Positions 58,274-64,000 of a stretch of DNA of 64,000 bases are shown here, piece after piece (position 1 is the stretch's first letter; each line of letters opens with the position of its first letter). Position numbers and translations under genes: made by a program. Location of the stretch: NCBI GenBank assembly GCA_013335095.1, contig JAAXWF010000003.1:69960-133959 (forward strand), in the 5' to 3' direction. The notes under the pieces are model-generated. The model had not been told where the DNA came from. It was given only the letters and a program-made list of their open reading frames with translations, and ran no database searches. This DNA is from a candidate division WWE3 bacterium (GTDB taxonomy: Bacteria; Patescibacteriota; 4484-211; GCA-002791395).

Positions 58274-61066
58274 ATGGACAAAGGAGCTCACTTTTACAAA
58301 TGTGATTTTCAAGTTCACACTCCTCGGGACGCAAACTGGGAGGGTGCGGAAGCCATCACAGAGCAAGACCGTAAAGCTTATGCAGAGGAGCTTATTCAAG
58401 CATGCCGAGCAAAGAATATTGATGTAATTGCAGTAACTGATCATCACGATTTCTGCATGTTCCCATATGTGAAAGCCGCAGCTGCAACAGAGGTGAATGC
58501 TACAGGAGACTCCATTCTGAAAGAGAATCAGATTATTGTCTTTCCTGGCATCGAAATCACGCTTTCATCTCCACCTTGCCAAGCGATACTTTTATTCGAT
58601 GCTGATTTCGATGAGACAAAATTTGGAGACATTCTAACAACGCTCACTATTGCTGCCACAGATCCGGCAAATAGCAAACTTGCAAGCGTTGAGTCTGTAT
58701 CACCGGCATCAATCACCGGATTGAACGATCTCGAAGAACGACTAAATCAGCATCCATGGCTTAAAGGAAAATACATCATACTTCCGAACGTCACTTCAGC
58801 AGGATATAAAACTCTTTTTCGGGATGGATTCGCAAAACACTACAAAGAGATGCGTTGCGTGGGTGGTTATGTTGATGGTGATTATTCAAAGTCGAGTGAT
58901 GGACATAAAAATATCCTTGAGGGTCGCCAGCAAAATAATGGATACAAACCGATTGCCGTCTTTCAAACTTCAGATAACCGCAAGCGTGATCATTCTGATC
59001 TTGGTTCGTCTAGCACATACGTCAAATGGTCAGAGCCGACTGCAGAGGCACTGCGTCAGGCATGCTTGGCTAGAGAATCTAGGGTTTCTCTCATTGAACC
59101 CGAACTTCCGAATCTTTGGATTACATCAATCAGCGTTACAAACTCCAAGTTTCTTGGACAAATTGGCTTTGATTTAAACCAGCAATACAACGCCATTATT
59201 GGCGGTCGTGGTACGGGCAAGTCTACAATTCTCGAATATCTCCGATGGGGACTTTGTGATCAGCCGATGGAAAGCGAGGACATGGATATTGTGCAAACTA
59301 AACGTAAGAACTTGATCGACAATACTCTCCAGAAATTCGACGGTGAAGTGCATGTGGAATTTTTACTCAATGACGTTCCTCATATCGTAAAACGTAACTC
59401 AAAGAAGCAGGAAATTTTGCTTAAAATTGGCGACGGTGATTTTACTCTTGCCACAGAACAACAAGTGCGAAATTTGCTTCCGATTCAAGCGTACAGTCAG
59501 AAACAGCTTAGTAGCGTAGGTGTACGCATCGATGAGCTCAAGCGTTTTGTCGAATTACCAATCAAACAGGAACTCGATCAGATTCGTTCGGATGTAAGAG
59601 ACATCGAAGCGAAGATGCGATCCACCTATGGCGATCTAATTCGGATGAATGAAGTCAAAGCCGAAATCGATAAAAACAACGTTGAGATAGCTTCTTCGAC
59701 TAAACAACTGGAGAAACTTCGCAAGAGTCTTAAAGGTTTATCTAAAGAGGATCAGGAAACTATCGATCAAAAGGCAAAGTACGATAACGAAGAAGCGATC
59801 ATTGAGGGTCTCAAAAACGAGCTAGAAACGACCCAAAAGCACGTCGGTAGTCTTGTTGTTGAAGCATTGGAGAGCGAAGATGTAGAGGAGGAAGATTTCG
59901 AGCTTGAGAACAAATCTCTGATCGGCCGTATTCAAGAGAAATATGCTTCTAAATTTATCGAAATAGAAGCTGGTGTTTCTTCACTCGCTAATCTCTTCAA
60001 TCCAACATCGCTCAAGAGTATCAATGACGAAGTTGAAGAATGGGAAAAACTCAAGACGGCGTTTGATAAGAAATACGAAGCCGCAAAAGTAAAAGCTAAG
60101 GATAACCAGCAACAGCTCGATCAGATCCAAACTCTTGAGAAGCGTATTGCCGCACTCAAAAAACAACAGACGGAAAAACGCAATGCACTTGCGGCTCTTG
60201 GCGATCCAGAAACTGCGTACAAAAAACTCCGCACCAAGTGGGACGGTTTGCATACCCAAAAAATCACAGCTCTTGAGAAGCAGTGTACTCAGTTCACCGC
60301 ACTCTCTGACGATCTCATTAAGGCAGAAATTACAAACAGTCTGGACACTACATCCCTCACATTAAAACTCAAGACTGCTTTTTCCGGCATGAACATTAAC
60401 GAAGCAAAGCTTGAGAAAGTCTGCCAATCCCTCTTAGAAGCGAGTGATCCCCTTGTTGAATGGAACAGCATTCTTTCTGAACTTGAAAAGCTCGCATTTT
60501 ACTCCACAGAGGGACCGGATGAAATACCGGATACCCCGATTCTTAACAAGTGCAATTTTATTGACACTGAGCGTACAAGAATTGCGGGGAGTTTTGACTC
60601 TGCACGATGGCTTGATCTTTCTGTCACAGAGCTTGAATTTAATCCAAAGTTTTCTTATTGCACTAACAAAACGGAAAAAGATTATATCGGATTCTCGGAT
60701 GCATCAGCTGGTCAACAAGCTACCGCCTTGCTTACCGTTCTGTTGAACCAGCCAGGTGCGCCACTCATTATCGATCAACCTGAGGATGATATCGACAGTA
60801 AGATGTTCAAAGATATTGTTCAGCAGGTGTGGAGGGCTAAGGGTAAACGTCAGCTTGTTTTTGCGAGCCATAGTGCGAACATTGTCGTCAACGGTGATGC
60901 CGAACTGGTGGTCTGTTGTGACTACATAAAAACTGGTGATCAGACCCGTGGAGCAATTAAAGCTATGGGTGCGATCGATAAAAAAGAGATTAAAGAAGAA
61001 ATCATTCTTGTCACAGAAGGTGGACGGGATGCATTCAAATTAAGAATGGATCAATACGGTTTTTAA
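58274..61066 (+). CDS. PHP domain + SMC/ABC-type ATPase (TrlF/Ppl-like), probable anti-phage protein
   Basis: DFQVHTP, TDHH, SD; Walker A GGRGTGKS, coiled coil, SAGQ signature, IIDQPEDD, SH. Confidence 0.85.
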   Translation: MDKGAHFYKCDFQVHTPRDANWEGAEAITEQDRKAYAEELIQACRAKNIDVIAVTDHHDFCMFPYVKAAAATEVNATGDSILKENQIIVFPGIEITLSSPPCQAILLFDADFDETKFGDILTTLTIAATDPANSKLASVESVSPASITGLNDLEERLNQHPWLKGKYIILPNVTSAGYKTLFRDGFAKHYKEMRCVGGYVDGDYSKSSDGHKNILEGRQQNNGYKPIAVFQTSDNRKRDHSDLGSSSTYVKWSEPTAEALRQACLARESRVSLIEPELPNLWITSISVTNSKFLGQIGFDLNQQYNAIIGGRGTGKSTILEYLRWGLCDQPMESEDMDIVQTKRKNLIDNTLQKFDGEVHVEFLLNDVPHIVKRNSKKQEILLKIGDGDFTLATEQQVRNLLPIQAYSQKQLSSVGVRIDELKRFVELPIKQELDQIRSDVRDIEAKMRSTYGDLIRMNEVKAEIDKNNVEIASSTKQLEKLRKSLKGLSKEDQETIDQKAKYDNEEAIIEGLKNELETTQKHVGSLVVEALESEDVEEEDFELENKSLIGRIQEKYASKFIEIEAGVSSLANLFNPTSLKSINDEVEEWEKLKTAFDKKYEAAKVKAKDNQQQLDQIQTLEKRIAALKKQQTEKRNALAALGDPETAYKKLRTKWDGLHTQKITALEKQCTQFTALSDDLIKAEITNSLDTTSLTLKLKTAFSGMNINEAKLEKVCQSLLEASDPLVEWNSILSELEKLAFYSTEGPDEIPDTPILNKCNFIDTERTRIAGSFDSARWLDLSVTELEFNPKFSYCTNKTEKDYIGFSDASAGQQATALLTVLLNQPGAPLIIDQPEDDIDSKMFKDIVQQVWRAKGKRQLVFASHSANIVVNGDAELVVCCDYIKTGDQTRGAIKAMGAIDKKEIKEEIILVTEGGRDAFKLRMDQYGF

Positions 61067-61127
61067 ATGTTAGATCCGACTCCGGTTGCCAGTGTCCAAA
61101 TCTCCCAGGCTAACGCCAAAAAACGAA

Positions 61128-61151
61128 AAAACCTGGCTCGTACCAGGTTTT
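61128..61151. terminator. Bidirectional terminator between the ATPase gene and tRNA-Gly
   Basis: aaaacctgg-ctcgta-ccaggtttt. Confidence 0.6.
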
Positions 61152-61189
61152 CAAGGCTAAATTTGAAGATTTTTCAGTTTATTATCGTA

Positions 61190-61264
61190 TGGAGCGGGTA
61201 GCGGGAATCGAACCCGCATCTTCACCTTGGAAGGGTGACATAATAGCCTTTATACAATACCCGC
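61190..61264 (-). tRNA. tRNA-Gly (anticodon TCC)
   Basis: GCGGGTA acceptor stem, anticodon arm TCACC-CTTCCAA-GGTGA, GGTTCGATTCC, encoded CCA. Confidence 0.97.
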
Positions 61265-61312
61265 ACACTAATTGGTCACTACGCTCAATATTATAACAAA
61301 AAAGGGAAAGAG

Positions 61313-61978
61313 TTACTGTACCTCGTTTAACCTAGCCGACTCAATAAACACCGGCTCAGTTGGAGTAGACTGCTCACCATACATATTACCTTCTACCGGC
61401 GTATCGGCAATCTTATCAATCGTCTCAAGACCGCTAACTACCTGGCCAAAAATCGTATACTGCTTTGGCAACGGATAATCAGCATGCATAATAAAGAACT
61501 GGCTTCCGCTCGTATTTGCACCCGAATTTGCATACGCAATCACCCCACGCTTATAATCACGAGTCACCGGTTCATCCTTAATCTCATAGCCTGGACCACC
61601 CGTACCGTCACCTGACGGATCGCCACCCTGAATCATAAAACCCTTAATAATTCGGTGGAACGAAAGACCATCATAAAAACCCTCTTTAACTAAAAACGCG
61701 AAATTATTTGCTGCAATTGGAGTCTCCTTATTAAACAGCTCAATCGTCATATCACCGTCCGACGTCTTCATCGTAACCTGATACTTCTTATTGGCATCTA
61801 AAAATTGTTCTGGTGCTGAAGAATATGTCTTACTCATCTGACTTGTTGGTCTTGGTGTACTTGTTGTCGACGTACCAGTTGGCGCATTCGTATCTTTAGG
61901 CGCACCAAACAAAACAAATACAACTACAATTATAGCGCCTATTGCAATCAGCCACTTTGTCGTCGATTCACCATTCAT
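61313..61978 (-). CDS. Cyclophilin-type peptidyl-prolyl isomerase, membrane-anchored
   Basis: FYDGL.FHRII.GFMIQGGDP.G.G.GGPGY, AYANSG.NT.GSQFFI, YTIFGQV. Confidence 0.95.
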   Translation of the reverse strand: MNGESTTKWLIAIGAIIVVVFVLFGAPKDTNAPTGTSTTSTPRPTSQMSKTYSSAPEQFLDANKKYQVTMKTSDGDMTIELFNKETPIAANNFAFLVKEGFYDGLSFHRIIKGFMIQGGDPSGDGTGGPGYEIKDEPVTRDYKRGVIAYANSGANTSGSQFFIMHADYPLPKQYTIFGQVVSGLETIDKIADTPVEGNMYGEQSTPTEPVFIESARLNEVQ

Positions 61979-62084
61979 ACGACTTGATTATAGTGAAATA
62001 TCCGATTAATTCAACCAGCACAAACCATTTTTACATCATCGAAAAATACTAGTTGTGTTAGCATAGAAATAGCGACATTTTCCT

Positions 62085-64000
62085 ATGCGGTATCAACCAA
62101 TCTCACGTCTGTATAACTACCTAAAAAAACTAACCACCCGTCGACCGTTTATACCAATAATAAACCTAATCATCTTTATTGCTGCAATGGTCATAGTGAG
62201 CCGGATAAATCACCTCACCGCATCAATCGAACCACTCGCACCAGACGGCAGTGTATCGGGTGAAGTCGTTCCAACATTCGATCATGGAGTTAGTCCACAA
62301 TTTCTCATAAACAGCGGGGGAATCGTTATCGAACCTGCCACCGCATCATCAACTGGAACGTTGGATACCGAAACCGGACAAGTTAGTGCCAGACTCATAC
62401 AACAAGATGGGGTCGAAGTCGATACCAAACCGATTATTGATACTTCTCCTGCTGGGCCTAACGAATTCTTAGTCAAAATTCCGGCTGGTTCACAATTCAC
62501 CCCGGGGAAGTTTCATCTCGAAGTCGAACTAAATGGACGAAACCGACATCAAACCTTAACCCAAGATTTTACCTGGGGGGTATTAGCGGTAAATGTCGAT
62601 AAATCTGTGTATTACCCGAATGAAGTTGTACCAATTGGGATCGCCGTACTCGATGACGATGGAACCACACTGTGCGATGCCAGGCTTTCGGTTGTGGTAA
62701 CGGCTCCAAGCGGTAAACGAACCGAATACACCTCGGACAATAACCAGGTCTCGGTATCAAAAACCTGCCGGGATAAAAACGTCACGTATGACCCTGATTA
62801 TTTAGTCACCCACACCGTTGATGAGATCGGAACATACGGCGTATCAGTCTGGGCAAATACGGTAAATGGGCTTCGTAGTACCGAGCTTAGTTTTGATGTA
62901 GTTGAAAGTGCCGAAATCGTTATTCATCGTGACACTATGGCTATGCGAATATATCCACCCGAATATTACCGTGCTCAGGCGAAACTCGAAGTCCTGCGGG
63001 ACTTTCAAGGAACGGTTACCGAAAAAGTTCCGGCAAGCTTTGAAGTCTCGGGGGCGGTGTTATATCGATTGCGTCCCGGGATAGAAGAACCCGAACTGAT
63101 AAGTTCGGTCGAGTTTACTGATTTGCCTCAAGATAAAGCAAAGCTGATGCGGTGGAATGATGTTAGGCTTTCGCCCAGTGATCAGGCGTGGATTACCTAT
63201 ACCTACAAAATGCCCGATGTCAGCCCGGAGTTTTACTTAGTTGGGCCAATCACCATGACGCAGCAGGCAATAAATGGCGATGAAGGTGGAATTGTTCAGC
63301 CTACGTTAGTGGTCTCTGAACCGCGTCAATGGCAGATCGCCGCCGACTCATTGACCGATGCCAGCGCTACCAGGTTATGGTCAGCGGGATTTGAACTTAA
63401 CTCAACCACGGCCGATATGGAGTACACGGCTAATATTGGTACGACTCCTTCAATAAGTTCGGGAACCGTAAGATCGGGAACATACTCACTACAAACAAAT
63501 TTAGGATCAGACGGAACCAGTGGGATTAGGTATGCATTTGCTACTGCTGATACGGCAACAAGAACGTTTTTTAGAGCGTACATTCGCGTTGCTACCCTAC
63601 CCAATGCCACAACTACGATTATGACTCTGAGAGATTTGGCCGGGACGGACCAGGCGGGACTTCGTATGACCACCGGCGGCGCACTACAGCTTTATAATGA
63701 AGAAGATAGCGCACAAATCGGAAGCAATTCATCGGCATTATCAACAAATACCTGGTATCGGCTCGAACTTGCGGCTGACTTTGGTACGGCAGCAACCGGC
63801 GATACTCGTGTTGCGGCACGAATTGATGGGAATGAATTTGCCCTTTCAACAACGACCAATTGGGCGAATGGTACGGCTGCAGTTACCATCGGTATTCTAA
63901 CGACTGCAACCGCCAACTTTTATTGGGATGATCTTGCGGTTAACCAGGATGCGTATACCGGGCAAGAAAACTGGCCCGGTGCCGGAAACATCGTTTATTT
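62085..64000 (+). CDS. Large membrane-anchored surface protein, 3' end outside window
   Basis: My translation of the start and end is in one frame: MRYQPIS...TM...QDFTWGVLAVNVDKSVY...WPGAGNIVY; absent from the ORF track, consistent with no stop in the window. Confidence 0.8.
   Translation, partial: MRYQPISRLYNYLKKLTTRRPFIPIINLIIFIAAMVIVSRINHLTASIEPLAPDGSVSGEVVPTFDHGVSPQFLINSGGIVIEPATASSTGTLDTETGQVSARLIQQDGVEVDTKPIIDTSPAGPNEFLVKIPAGSQFTPGKFHLEVELNGRNRHQTLTQDFTWGVLAVNVDKSVYYPNEVVPIGIAVLDDDGTTLCDARLSVVVTAPSGKRTEYTSDNNQVSVSKTCRDKNVTYDPDYLVTHTVDEIGTYGVSVWANTVNGLRSTELSFDVVESAEIVIHRDTMAMRIYPPEYYRAQAKLEVLRDFQGTVTEKVPASFEVSGAVLYRLRPGIEEPELISSVEFTDLPQDKAKLMRWNDVRLSPSDQAWITYTYKMPDVSPEFYLVGPITMTQQAINGDEGGIVQPTLVVSEPRQWQIAADSLTDASATRLWSAGFELNSTTADMEYTANIGTTPSISSGTVRSGTYSLQTNLGSDGTSGIRYAFATADTATRTFFRAYIRVATLPNATTTIMTLRDLAGTDQAGLRMTTGGALQLYNEEDSAQIGSNSSALSTNTWYRLELAADFGTAATGDTRVAARIDGNEFALSTTTNWANGTAAVTIGILTTATANFYWDDLAVNQDAYTGQENWPGAGNIVY

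Noticed and set aside
61071-61114. attC-like GTTAGAT...GGCTAAC after the PHP-ATPase gene
   Set aside because: Core sites are in the wrong order and there is no convincing internal palindrome.
57980-61264. Intact integrative element at tRNA-Gly
   Set aside because: No integrase and no duplicated tRNA 3' end were found.

Overview
This window looks like chromosomal DNA from a small-genome bacterium using genetic code 11. Gene content and style suggest Patescibacteria/CPR, Microgenomates-like (inference). In order it holds: (1) a surface-glycan locus (asnB-like, GT4/GT2 glycosyltransferases, O-antigen ligase/polymerase-like, UbiA-type transferase, priming sugar transferase, DUF4012), interrupted at 4.7-7.45 kb by GC-rich small genes, three of them encoding secreted proteins and separated by near-identical 276-bp structured spacers; (2) recO and glyQS; (3) a dcw cluster (mraZ rsmH ftsL ftsI, a degenerate MurA-like gene, femX, mraY ftsW murG ftsQ ftsA ftsZ) split by a 4.6-kb insert headed by a leader-peptide attenuator; (4) cobalamin adenosyltransferase plus class II RNR; (5) two large surface proteins with a shared C-terminal domain; (6) a nucleotide-metabolism cluster (glyA, thyA, folA, HIT, dCMP deaminase, nucleotidyltransferase, pyrG); (7) an accessory stretch between tRNA-Leu and tRNA-Gly with a PHP-ATPase (Ppl/TrlF-like) defence gene; (8) a cyclophilin and the start of a very large surface protein. 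The best candidate for an undescribed system is a ~640-nt ORF-free unit at 49.27-49.91 kb. It has a consensus promoter, a strong terminator, nearly continuous hairpins and three covarying copies of an ~80-nt four-way-junction module, so it is probably a large structured ncRNA. All calls come from reading the sequence and recognising motifs; no database searches or folding programs were run.
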